From contig OY970194.1 of NCBI GenBank assembly GCA_963708075.1, positions 2,048,001-2,112,000 on the forward strand: a stretch of DNA of 64,000 nucleotides. Reading direction: 5' to 3'. Position numbers and translations under genes: made by a program. Source of the stretch: Sedimentisphaerales bacterium (lineage in GTDB: Bacteria; Planctomycetota; Phycisphaerae; Sedimentisphaerales; Anaerobacaceae). The first letter of the stretch is position 1, and each line of letters starts with the position of its first letter. Below the pieces are notes generated by a model that saw only the letters and a list, made by a program, of their open reading frames with translations, did not search any database and was not told where the DNA came from. Shown in pieces: positions 1 through 11,200 of this stretch.

Positions 1-1192
1 CCCCTGGAAGCCCCCAAAGAGACAGACCGATCCATAGAAACGCAACATGTGCCACGTTAGCCCACAACTCTGTGAGGAAGAACAGCAGCCCCTTGCCTTT
101 TGCCAATATGATATAGCCCAGCGGCCAGGAGATCACGCGACCGAGCACGCCCAGCACCTGCCAACGCAGCACCTCCCCGGCCGGCACGAACCTGGCGGAG
201 TAGAACACAGTGATGACCAAGGGGGCAAAAATCAAGGTGGCCAGTACGCCGGGCGCTGCCAGCAACAGCGAGACTTCCGTCTGCTCGTTCACGAGACGGT
301 TGACTTCCACATGATCTTCAGCAACAGCCGTGAGGCGAGGATAGAAGTCAGCACCCATCGCGGCCAGAATGAATCCAACATAGACGCTTGAGAGATTGGC
401 CGCAGATTGATAAAGGCCAGTCGCCTCCAACCCCATTTTCCGCACTATCAGGAGACGGATCACATAAGCCGCCCCCATAGTCATGAAGGAAGCCAGCATG
501 AACGCGAGCCCGAGCCGGAGCATAAGGGAGGATTCCCTGACCGTCATCCTCCACGTGACCGCCAGCCGGTCAAAATGGATCCGCCTGGCGAACCACCATG
601 AAAGCAGAATCACCGTGACTGAATTGAGTACCAGGAAAAGTGGAATCCCTCGTGCCCCCATGAAGAACACGACGGGGATGCTGATGATTGTACCCAACAG
701 GACTCCCAGGACTCTTTGAGCAGCAAGATCCCGGATGTGTCGCATGCCCTGGATCAGTGCCGTCTGGCCCCCGGATACCGATGCAAAGAAGATCGTCAGT
801 GAAAGAAATCCAAGAGCGCCAGCGTGCTCTGCATTGCCAAAGGTCATTTGGCTCAGAGCCCCCCTGAAGAAGAAAACAAGCAACATACCTGCTAGGCCAA
901 GGAGCATGGCCGTGCGACGGAGTGAAATAATCGTCTGCGAAATGCGTTCAGGGTTATGCGAGCTATTGGCTTCCGCGATCTGGCGCACACCGCTCCGGGT
1001 GATGCCCATATCAGCAACCGCCCCCACCAGGTGCGTGACCGATAGATAGAGGCCAGCCAAGCCAACCCCGCTGGGGCCAAGAAGCACGGACAGAACCTTC
1101 GTTCGCACAATCCCGATCAGGATATTGGCGGCCGATGAGCTAGCCGTGATGGTCGTCGTTTTGAGAATCTGTCTGTATGAACTAGAAGCCAT
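1..1192 (-). CDS. wzx: O-antigen/oligosaccharide flippase (Wzx, MATE-like); 3' end runs off the window
   Basis: Manual translation from the ATG at 1192 gives MASSSYRQILKTTTITASSSAANILIGIVRTKVLSVLLGPSGVGLAGLYLS..., a typical WzxE-like N-terminus followed by many hydrophobic segments. It is missing from the ORF track because the stop lies outside the window. Confidence 0.85.
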   Translation of the reverse strand, partial: MASSSYRQILKTTTITASSSAANILIGIVRTKVLSVLLGPSGVGLAGLYLSVTHLVGAVADMGITRSGVRQIAEANSSHNPERISQTIISLRRTAMLLGLAGMLLVFFFRGALSQMTFGNAEHAGALGFLSLTIFFASVSGGQTALIQGMRHIRDLAAQRVLGVLLGTIISIPVVFFMGARGIPLFLVLNSVTVILLSWWFARRIHFDRLAVTWRMTVRESSLMLRLGLAFMLASFMTMGAAYVIRLLIVRKMGLEATGLYQSAANLSSVYVGFILAAMGADFYPRLTAVAEDHVEVNRLVNEQTEVSLLLAAPGVLATLIFAPLVITVFYSARFVPAGEVLRWQVLGVLGRVISWPLGYIILAKGKGLLFFLTELWANVAHVAFLWIGLSLWGLPG

Positions 1193-1299
1193 ATCGAAAG
1201 GCAGCCTCATAGGCTGTGATTGCAGCTTTCCCTCAGCGTTTCCATGCGGCGGTCTTCCTCACCGCTTGGGCCCGGTTACCCACAGGAAGGGAGTGTTCA

Positions 1300-2238
1300 T
1301 CAGGCTTTCCTGAGGCGCAGGAACTCTTCATAACTACGGATATAGTCCGCTGGATCGTACTCGTGAGAGGCGAGGACCATTGAGACCGCATCACGGGAGT
1401 ACCTATATTGAATTCGCCACACGTCCGGCGGCAGATAGATCCCGATCCACGGGTGTTCGAACAGATATTCCTCGCGGTTGCTTCCATCATCCACCACCAC
1501 CGCCATCGAACCCTTGACACATACCAGGAATTCCTGGCATTCCCTGTGAGCGTGTTCTCCCCTTACACGTGCGCTTGGCACATCATAAACCACAAAGACG
1601 CGCCGGGGTACGAACGGGAGATCCCGATACCACTCGGCCACGCACAGGTCCCCTCGCATATCCTCCACATGGTGAAGCCGAATCAGCTTGACGCCACGCA
1701 CGAGCGAGTCTTCCTTGATCGTGGGACCATCAGGGCGGACCACCGGTTTTGCCACGGTATCAACATATCCGGTGATGCGGGCCGGGTTGCCGGTGACGAT
1801 GGCGTTCGGCGGCACGTCCCGCGTCACCACGGCACCGGCCCCAACCATGGCCTTCCCGCTTATTCGCAGCCCGGGAAGGATGGTCGCATTGGCGCCAATG
1901 GAAGCTCCGCTATTGACACAGGTCTTCGCAAAGGACTCCGGATACTGTCTGCTTCGAGGGAACTTGTCGTTGGTAAACGCTACGTGTGGCCCCACGAACA
2001 CGTCATCCTCCAGGGAGATACCATCCCACAACTGCACGCCGCATTTGACCGTACAGCGGTTGCCAATTCGAACGTCGTTCTCGATGAACGTATGGTCGCA
2101 AATATTGCAGTCATCGCCGACGATGGCGCCCGGCAGTATGTGCGCAAATGCCCACACACGAGTGCGCTCTCCGATAGTCGCCCCTTCCTCTACAAGGGCC
2201 TTCGGATGGATGAATGCCTTGGGGTGGATACCGCTCAT
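1300..2238 (-). CDS. wxcM: Bifunctional hexapeptide N-acetyltransferase / dTDP-4-keto-6-deoxyhexose 3,4-ketoisomerase (FdtA/QdtA cupin)
   Basis: The N-terminal left-handed beta-helix reads IGERTRVWAFAHILPGA...FTNDKFPRS. The C-terminal cupin reads DMRGDL...RGEHAH. The start was placed at MSGIHPKA. Confidence 0.88.
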   Translation of the reverse strand: MSGIHPKAFIHPKALVEEGATIGERTRVWAFAHILPGAIVGDDCNICDHTFIENDVRIGNRCTVKCGVQLWDGISLEDDVFVGPHVAFTNDKFPRSRQYPESFAKTCVNSGASIGANATILPGLRISGKAMVGAGAVVTRDVPPNAIVTGNPARITGYVDTVAKPVVRPDGPTIKEDSLVRGVKLIRLHHVEDMRGDLCVAEWYRDLPFVPRRVFVVYDVPSARVRGEHAHRECQEFLVCVKGSMAVVVDDGSNREEYLFEHPWIGIYLPPDVWRIQYRYSRDAVSMVLASHEYDPADYIRSYEEFLRLRKA

Positions 2239-2488
2239 GAGTAGTCTCTCACTCCTTCTGTCGTCTCTCGGCAATTCACGGCAACCACACGGCAACCGGC
2301 CTTCATGTGCGTGGATCTGCAGCTATCACTTGTCTGCTGCAACCAAATACTTCCTTCAGATAGTCAGCACGGTTTGCGGTTGGGAAGATGGTGCAAGGCG
2401 TTTATTCTCCTCCAATGCGTCGGTGTGTTGCGGACAGGCCTTACGATGCAGCAGACTCCCCAGTTCCTCTCGCTGTTCTGTCGCTCCG

Positions 2489-3997
2489 TCACCCCCCACC
2501 AGCCAAATGACGGTCGGGCGAGGGGCTGGCTTGTGTGGCATATTCGTCGATCAGGCGGCCGAAGAGAGTGACTCGTCGGCCGGCGGCTTCGAGGGAGCCG
2601 TTGACGCTGACGGCAATCTCAAATTCCTCGGAGGTGTGCGGATTACCGTTCTTGAACGGGATGGTCATCGTGACTAATCGGGACATGTCTACGGGCTCAG
2701 CACTCGGCGCCCGCCAGACCTCAGTGTCGATGTGACCGTCGTCGTACGTCGTCTTGAGACTGACCCAGACGAAATCCATGCGGGTGGCCGCCTCGCAGAT
2801 GGCCTTCCACCATTGGCGGGTGTCGTGGACCTGCCGGAACTGCAACTGCAGGAGCTCGAAGGCCCTTCGCTCGTCCCGCTCCTGGCGGGCGCCTTCGTAT
2901 TTTGCCTTGAGGCGAATCAATACCTCGTGCAGCCGGACGACGCCGACGGCACGGAACATGAGCAGAACCAGGAGCAGGACGCCACCGAATACGATCACCG
3001 CGCTGACACTGTCGCTGATGAGCATGTACAGGCCGATGCCGGCGGCGAGCAGGGTCGCGATGTAGATGATGATGACGGCTCGCCGCTGATTCAAGCCGAG
3101 CTCGAGCAGGCGGTGATGGAAATGGCTGCGGTCCGGGGCGAAGAGCGAGCGGCGCTCTAGGAACCGCCGGAGCATGGAGAACAGAGTGTCGAAGATCGGG
3201 ATGCCCAGGGCCAGGGCCGGCAGCGCGAGGCCGACGAGGGCCGCCGACTTCGAGACGCACATCACACTGGCGGCGGCGATAGTGAAGCCGATGAACAGGC
3301 TGCCGCAGTCGCCCATGAAGACCTTGGCCGGGTTGAAGTTGAAGAACAGGAAGCCCGACAGGCCACCCAGAAGCGCCAGTGCGAAGAGCGCCATAATGAC
3401 ATCGTTGCTCGCGGCCAGACCGGTGTGGATCGTGCTTCCATAGATGGCGAAGACCGCGATCACACCACAGGCTATAGCGGCGACGCCGGCGGCCAGGCCG
3501 TCGAGCCCGTCGCTCATATTCACGGCGTTCGTCACTCCCACAATCCACAGCAACGTAAGGGGCCAGCTCAGCCAGCCGAGCGAAGTGGGCAATTCCCCAC
3601 CGAGGCCAACGCTGCCGATCCGCACGCCCACTCCGCACAGGGCCGCAGCGGCGAGCAGTTCCACCATGAACTTGACGCTGGCTCGCAGCCTGCGGAGATC
3701 ATCGACCAGTCCGACCAGGAAGATCGCGGTCGCGGCGCCGAGCAGCGTGATGACCTGGAGCCACACGGCTCGGAACTGCTGGCCGATGCCGTTATTCAAG
3801 AAGAGCAGCGAGACGATCAGGGCCATCGACGACAGATAGATCGCGATGCCGCCGATCCGCGGGACGGGTCGGGTATGAACGCTGCGGGCGTCCGGGTAGT
3901 CCACAGCACCAATCCGCCGGGCCAGCCAGATCACCAGAGGCGTGGCGAGCAGGGCCAGGTATGCCGAGCCGAAATAGACACAGATGTAGGTTGTCAC
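2489..3997 (-). CDS. wecA: Undecaprenyl-phosphate GlcNAc-1-phosphate transferase (MraY/WecA family) with a ~130-aa C-terminal soluble extension
   Basis: Motifs VPRIGGIAI, GLVDD, NAVNMSDGLDGL, FNFNPAKVFMGDCGS and PDRSHFHHRLL are present. The likely start is GTG at 3997, after a GAAGGG RBS. Confidence 0.88.
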   Translation of the reverse strand: MTTYICVYFGSAYLALLATPLVIWLARRIGAVDYPDARSVHTRPVPRIGGIAIYLSSMALIVSLLFLNNGIGQQFRAVWLQVITLLGAATAIFLVGLVDDLRRLRASVKFMVELLAAAALCGVGVRIGSVGLGGELPTSLGWLSWPLTLLWIVGVTNAVNMSDGLDGLAAGVAAIACGVIAVFAIYGSTIHTGLAASNDVIMALFALALLGGLSGFLFFNFNPAKVFMGDCGSLFIGFTIAAASVMCVSKSAALVGLALPALALGIPIFDTLFSMLRRFLERRSLFAPDRSHFHHRLLELGLNQRRAVIIIYIATLLAAGIGLYMLISDSVSAVIVFGGVLLLVLLMFRAVGVVRLHEVLIRLKAKYEGARQERDERRAFELLQLQFRQVHDTRQWWKAICEAATRMDFVWVSLKTTYDDGHIDTEVWRAPSAEPVDMSRLVTMTIPFKNGNPHTSEEFEIAVSVNGSLEAAGRRVTLFGRLIDEYATQASPSPDRHLAGGG

Positions 3998-4025
3998 GTT
4001 TCCCTTCGTCCGAGTGGCGATGGCG

Positions 4026-6342
4026 CTACTGTCTTTCCTCGGGAGCTGCGGCTCCCCCCCCGCCGGGCAGGTCGCCATGCGATGGCGATTTCTTGCGTGC
4101 TGCCTGGCCGCCCTCAGGACCATAATGACCTGCGTATTGGCTGTAGGCGCTGCTGTAACTGGTGTATCGGCTGTCTTTCGCAGAGACGTCGTTCACCACA
4201 ACGCCTGCGACACGGGCCCCGACGGTGAGCAGCAGATCCCGGGCATGCTGGGTGATGCCTCGCGTCGAGTGGTCCGCCCTGAGGACAAGCAGCGTCACAT
4301 CGCAGAGAGCGGCGAGGACCTGTGCATCCGCCGCGATGCCCACCGGGGGCGAGTCCACAAGGACGCGGTCATACTTTCGCGTGATCCCTTCCAGCAGACC
4401 GGCGAAGAGGGAGCTGCTGAGAAGCTCCGAGGGGTTCTCCACGGCGTGCTTGCTCGCCAGGACGTCAAGTCCCGGGACCACCGTGTGCCGGATGGCATCC
4501 TCTAGAGCGGCTGTTCCATCCAGTACCTCGGAGAGACCCTTGCTATGTCCATTCATTGCAAAGGCCCGGTGCTGCATGGGCCTACGGAGATCGGCGTCCA
4601 GGATGAGTGTCTTTTGCCCGGCCCGTGCCATGGCGATGCCGAGATTGGTCACAAGCGTGGTCTTTCCCTCCAGCGGCGCGGGAGAGGTGACCAGGACGGT
4701 CCGGGCCTCGTCGCGAGGGACGCCGAAGAACAGGGCTGTACGAATGACCCGGTACGCTTCCGCATCGCCTGAGTTGGGAGCTGCCAGCAGTTGACTGCGT
4801 GCGGTAAGACTGCGCCTGGGTATGGACGGCATGGCTCCGAGCACCGGGACGCCAAGCATCGCCGTGATCTCGTCCGCCGAGCGAACACGCTGGTCTCGCC
4901 AGTCCCGGACAAGCGCCAGGCCCGCCCCTGCCAACACCCCCAGCATCAATCCGAGCGGCAGAATCCGGAACGGCTTCGGCGAGGACGGTCTCAGCGCCGG
5001 CATCGCCTTCTCCAGCACGTGAATCTTCAGTCCCGCGAAGCTCGCATTGACATCCAGGGCATTGATCTGCTTCAGGAGGCTGTCGCACAGGCTCTCGATC
5101 GTTTCGCACTCGGCGAGGATGAAAATATACTCCGCATTCTGTCCGCTGAGACTCTGGATCTCAGCGAACTCTTTGTCGTATGCGGCCTTCAACTGCTTTT
5201 CCCGTTCGTGGGCATTCTCCGCGAACGCCTTGGCCACGGCAATCTGGTTCTGCACGAAGTCCTTGTCGATCTGGGCGATTTGCTCTTGAAGCTGGGTCTG
5301 CCGGTTCTGCAGAAACGTCTTCTGTTGCATAGACACGCCGACCGAGGTGAGCTGTTCAAGCTGTGACTTGGTAGCGAACAGTTCGTTCTCGAGACGAATA
5401 CGTTCCTGGTCGTCCGCTGGAGTCCTCATGCCGACGCGGTGGCTGTAAACGTATTGCCGCAGCTTGTTCGGCTCGTTGGCGAACTGCTGGAGCCCTGCAT
5501 AATAGGAGTCCTGTTCAATGGTACTGACATGGGCCGCGGCGAGGTCCTCCTTGAGCAAATCGAGGGTCCTGGAGCCGAAGCTACGTTCGCCGTTCTCGAC
5601 CACTTTCGGGTTCCTTTGCTCGAACATCATCCGCTCTTGCCGTTTCGCGCAACTCCCCGTAGCGTTTCTCCAACTGGGCATTAAGGTTTCCCAGCAGATC
5701 GGCCGTACTGAGCTGCTTATTGGTCTCGTGCCAGCGTTCGTAGGCCCGCACCACGGCGTTGACAATCTGGGCTGCATCGTCAGGGTAGGCGGACTTGGCT
5801 GCCACGCTGATAATGTCGCTACCCCTGCCGACCGAGACAGATAGGGTGCGGATCACCTCTCCCACGGCAGAGTCCGTGTTCCTGAGCGTGGAGAGGGTGA
5901 GCACATTGGGATCCCTCAGGGCGGCGGTGACGATCTCCCGACTGGTGATCATGCTCGCCTGCGTCTGGAGGTAATTATTCGACGTGCTGCCCACCGGTTG
6001 AGGGACATCGGATCGTGATTGCTGACCGGGTTTCTCGACCAGGATCCGCGACGTGCTTTGATACTGTGGCGTGGCGATATACAGATAGAGGCCCGCAGCG
6101 GCCAGCGTCAACACGGTGCAGACCAGAATGAGCCACCATCCGCGCCAGAGGATCCGGAACAGGCTGTCATACCCGGCGACGCCCTCCATCATCGGCCCGG
6201 GATATCCCATATTGGCGTCCTGGCGGTTGTCGCCACTGCCGAATTCACGCATGTTGGTATTCACGGGTTTTCTCCACGCTGAACACTCCGGGCAGACTCC
6301 GTCCCCGTCGGTGTATGTCGAGGCGTCCTTAACGATTGCCAT
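4026..6342 (-). CDS. wzc: Polysaccharide co-polymerase / tyrosine autokinase (Wzc); split by one frameshift near 5645
   Basis: ORF 5581..6342 carries the Wzz-type N-terminus (LWRGWWLILVC...TPQYQSTSRILV). ORF 4026..5777 carries the coiled coil, second TM, Walker A (SPAPLEGKTT), DADLRRP, VDSPP and a C-terminal Tyr cluster (SRYTSYSSAYSQYAGHY). The start codon is uncertain. Confidence 0.88.
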
Positions 6343-7210
6343 CCAGCGCCTGGGAGCCTGTCCATGTGCGCTGCAAAAACGTCACTGCCAATTACGTGCT
6401 ATCGCGGGGAAACCGCAGAGCACGGCGTAAAGCCGGGGCATCGCAGTGCAGGTAGCCTCCCTGCAACCTTCTAATCACGAAGCTCCATGCAGCCTTCCAA
6501 CCGGTGCCAAACGCTGCTCACAGTTCCCGAAAAACCGCGAGCATTATTCGGAACGAAGCCACCCCCTTGAGTCCCCCTGGTGCCCTTGCCAAGGCGGCCC
6601 AAGGCTGACGACATCCCTGGACGAGAACCGCTGAAGGCACTTGCACAATTGCATAGGATGGTAGAAATAAAACGCCCCCCTCCAAGCACAAACGGCGCAC
6701 CCAAGGTCGGACCAAGCGGATGAGCCGTCGTTTCGCCAGGGCATCCTGCCAACCCACCGTTCTTCTCAATTCTCATCGCATGTGCGAGTCGTCGAGATCT
6801 CTACTCTACCATCCGTGGCAGTCCTGTTCGATTCTTCGTTCCTCCACCTACTCCGTCATTCTGCCCCCTGCCTATATGCGGGGTGTTCTTCCCAAGCTGT
6901 CTCAGGCTTCTCTGGGCAATCCGTGCGGATGACTGGTCGCGTTCCGTGCAACGCCGACAATGGGAGTCTCATTTCCCAAGCACATCCGGCCCGTGACTTG
7001 CTTTACAGATTGCCTGCTCCAAGCCTACCAACCATAACAGCCAAGCCCGTGCCCACGAAAAAGCACAAAAAGGCTCTCTCGGTACACGCGATCTTACTGA
7101 AATCCGTTCCGGTGTGTCTCTCGGTGCCTGCTCTCACGCGAACACCAAGCCGCGCATTAGTCCGTAACACCTTGTGTTCGCATATCTAAAGGAAAACCAC
7201 CAGTTGAAGT

Positions 7211-7239
7211 ATATTACCACTTTTGGCCGGCAGAGTCAA
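7211..7239 (-). promoter_or_regulatory. Putative sigma70 promoter pointing toward wzc
   Basis: The minus strand reads TTGACT-17 nt-TAATAT, with TG immediately upstream of the -10 (extended -10). Confidence 0.45.
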
Positions 7240-8248
7240 TACGTAGAAATACGTATTTTCATCTCTTCGTGAGGCCCGATTCCCGTGCCCAGACCGGCCT
7301 GCCACCCCGTGGCGGCACGGCGATCTTCGGTGCCAGGCCACGTCGCTTGCGGAAAACACGTATTCTCCAGTCCCCAAGCCACTTTTTTGGGGCGATAGGC
7401 GTGGAAGTCACGTAATCGCGACATAGTCCCAGCCCACATAGATCCGCCGGCAAGTCTCCCTACCCATGCTGCACCATGAAAAACCCAGGCGTAAACGGGC
7501 GTCACTTATTCCTGTTCTCTGATAGATAGTTAGTAACAGGTTGCCTGTGGATTGTTGTGATATGCCCCTGCCACCGTGCGGCCATACAGATGTCATAATC
7601 GCTGCCTTCACCCGCTCTGGCAGGTCTTGCCGCCCCGCTCACTCGGGACCGCATCAAGGCATCGGGGACGCCGCTGCTCAAGAGACAGGTATTGCACAGA
7701 AATCCCCCACACGGCGTGTCCTATCCGGTGCAGGTTCCGTACCCCCCTATGACATTGGTACGTCCGAAATCCCGGCACCAACTCATGACACGGCGGTTCA
7801 GGCGGTGATCGCCTTCCGCATCGTCCAGAAATGGGGTTCTTGAAAGGCAAATGCCGACTGCAACGCGTGCGTTCGGCATAGAAATCGACTCTTCATGCGA
7901 AGAAATACGTAGTTCTACGTATAGGCACGGTGACACGTGGGACTACAATGGCTGACGCTTTGGTGCTTGGGTGAATTCACCTGAATAGAACCATTGCTTG
8001 GAGGCGCATGGAAGAAATGAGACCATCAGCGCAAGGAACGCGTACCATCACCAACTGTTTTGCAGACCTTTTCCGGAGGGCACTCAAATGAAGGCACCCG
8101 GAGCGAGCAAGCAAATGCTTGGAGAAGGAGGCAGAAACAAACAGAGGGCCGTGCTTAGCTGTCAACCACCTAATGAGGATTCCTGGAACGGTTATTAGCG
8201 ATTCACACCAAGAAAAAGATAGAAGAGAATCTCTAAGGAGAACAAAGG

Positions 8249-11200
8249 ATGAAGAAGATAACAGGACTTATGGTAGCAGTACTTGTAGTGTTCGCGAGTT
8301 CGGTTCAAGGCGAATTGGTCGCCTCCTGGCACCTCGATGGCAACGCCTCTGACAGCAGTGGCAGAGGGAATGATGGGACGGTTTATGGAGCATCTTACGA
8401 GGCCGGTTACCTTGGTTTGGCCCTGAGGTTCGACGGTCAGGACAACTACGTCGATTGCGGAAGCGATGCGAGCCTAAAGCCTACTGATAACATAACCATT
8501 GGACTGTGGGTAAAGCCTGGCCCGACCCAAAATACGTATGCAGATATATTAGGTGGTCATCAGGGCGACCAGGGGTATGTCATTCAGCAAGACGGTTCGA
8601 ACACAAACAGGTACTACTTCGCATACAACCAGAACGGTACTTGGCAGGGTTGGCAAGGCGATAATATTACAACTCAGTTGACCGCAGAGGAATGGCAACA
8701 TTTTGTTGTCCAGAAAGAGGGCTCTACCATAAGGCACTTTCTTAACGGCCCCCTAAGCGCCAGTGGCAATGTCTCAGGCACTATCTTCTACACGCTGGGG
8801 CAACCCTTCTATCTTGGAATCGGATACGAGCTTGGGAGCGGGCGCTATTTCACCGGTGTCATTGACGAAGTCACTATCCAGGGTGGGGGCAGCTATGGGC
8901 CGACTCCCACGCCGGAGGGATTTGGCACCGCGATTAGCCCTATAGATACCACCACGGGCAGCACGCCCATGACCCTGACCTTTGAGCAAGTTACGGTTTC
9001 TGGTGGCACTACTCTTACCACCTTCCCCAGCGGTCCGCCTGCCCCCGCAGGATACCTACTGGGCAATTCGCCCGTATTCTATGACGTTACGACAACTGCC
9101 ACTTACATAGGGCAGGTTCAGGTGTGCATCAGTTACAACGGCATCGGTTTCGCAGGACCACCCGAATCGTTCCGCCTGATGCGGTATGAAAACGGCGAAT
9201 GGGCTGAATGCACGACCACAGTCAACACCGGCAACCAAACAGTCTGCGGTGCGATCAGCTCGCTTATGCCGCTGGCCGTTATGCAGGCCGAGGAGCCTGT
9301 GTATTTCGCCGATGCCAATCTCAAACAGGCAGTGAAAGAGACCTTGGGCTTAGTCAGTGATCCTATGCCGAGCGACATGCTGGCACTGTACTCGCTCATA
9401 GCGCCATCACGCGGAATCACTGATCTCACAGGTTTAGAGTATGCGTTGAATCTGTACAGACTGAGGCTGCCCTCGAACCAGATCAGCGACATTTCCGCTC
9501 TATCGGGACTCACGAAGTTGGACGACCTGCGGCTCAATAACAACCCCATAAATGACATCTCCGCTCTGTCGAACATGACCTACCTGCGCACCCTCTATCT
9601 ATACAACAACCAAATCAGCGACATCAGTCCGCTGTCAGATTCGAATGACCTTGTCGATCTGCGCCTACAGGCCAATCAGATCAACAGTATTGATGCTCTT
9701 GCGGACATGACGAATCTGCGATACCTCTATTTGAACGACAACCAAATCAGTGATATCAGCGTCTTGTCGGGCATGCCTTATCTCACTGTTCTCAAGTTGC
9801 AGTACAATCAGATCAGTGACATGAGTCCGGTGGTGAGTTTGACCGCGTTGACCAACCTCGATTTAGGTGTGAACCCGATTACCACTGTCCCCGATCTATC
9901 TGGCCTCCGTAGCCTTGCGGCACTTAGTCTGTATAGCTGCCAGGTCAATTCTCTCTCAGACGTTTCCGGGCTAGTCAGCCTTGAGTATCTGAACCTCTAC
10001 AATAACCAGATCACCGACATCTCGGCGGTTTCCGGACTCAGCCGCGTCAAGACGCTTCACTTGGGCTGGAACCAGATCAGCGATATCTCTCCTTTGGCGG
10101 GGCTGACCTCGCTAGAGCTACTGGACATCCGCCGCAACCAATTCACGAGCATTCTGCCGCTGGCAGGGCTCACCAATCTCCGCTCCCTTTGGCTGACGGA
10201 AGGCCAGCTTACGGACATCAGTGTGGTGGCAAATTTCTCGCTGCTGAACGAGTTGCGTCTGGAAAGCAATCAGATCACTGACGTCTCCTCGCTATCCGGG
10301 CTGACGAATCTGACAAGCTTGCTGCTGACCGGGAACCAGATCACTGACGCCTCCTCGCTATCCGAGCTGACAAATCTGACAACCCTGGCCCTGGGCTGGA
10401 ACCAGATCACCGACTTCTCGTGGCTGTCGAATCTCTCCGGCCTGACGCTGCTGAGCGTCGAAGGCAATCTCATCTCAGACATCAGCTTTCTGCAAAATCT
10501 GACAGCCCTCCAAGGGCTCTGGGCCGGCAACGATCAGGTCGTGGACGTAACTCCACTGGCATCGCTGACCCAACTGCGACAACTGTATTTGGAGAGCGCT
10601 CAAATCTCTGACATCTCCGCTCTGACAAGCCTTACCCATTTGTCGGAGCTTCGGCTGAGTGATAATCCCCTGAGCGCAGAGGCATACAACACGGACATTC
10701 CGATCATCCAAGCCAATAATCCAGGCTTGACTCTGACCGTCGACCCCAATCCGTACAACTACCCGGCAGAGGGCCACATCCTGTTTGAGTACTTCTGGGG
10801 CACCGACTCCACTGTGGGAAGTCTCCTGGCACTTCCTACATTTCCGGATGACCCCAATCAAAGCGACTTGCGGACGAGCTTCGAAGGCCCGAGCGACTGG
10901 CGGTATACTTACGGGACGCGTGTTCGCGGCTACCTGCATCCGCCACAAACCGGCAGCTACACGTTCTGGATTGCCAGCGATGACCAGAGCCAACTGTGGC
11001 TGAGCGCGGATGAAGATCCTGCCAACGCAGCGCAGATTGCCAGTGTGCCAGGCTGGACGCCGGCGCGCGACTTTGACAACGTTGGTGGTGGAGCCGGCGG
11101 GCCGGAGCAGAGGTCAAGTCCTGTCTATCTGGAGGCCGGCAGAAGATACTACATCGAGGCCCTGTGCGCACAAATGTGGGGCGGAGATAACCTGGCCGTT

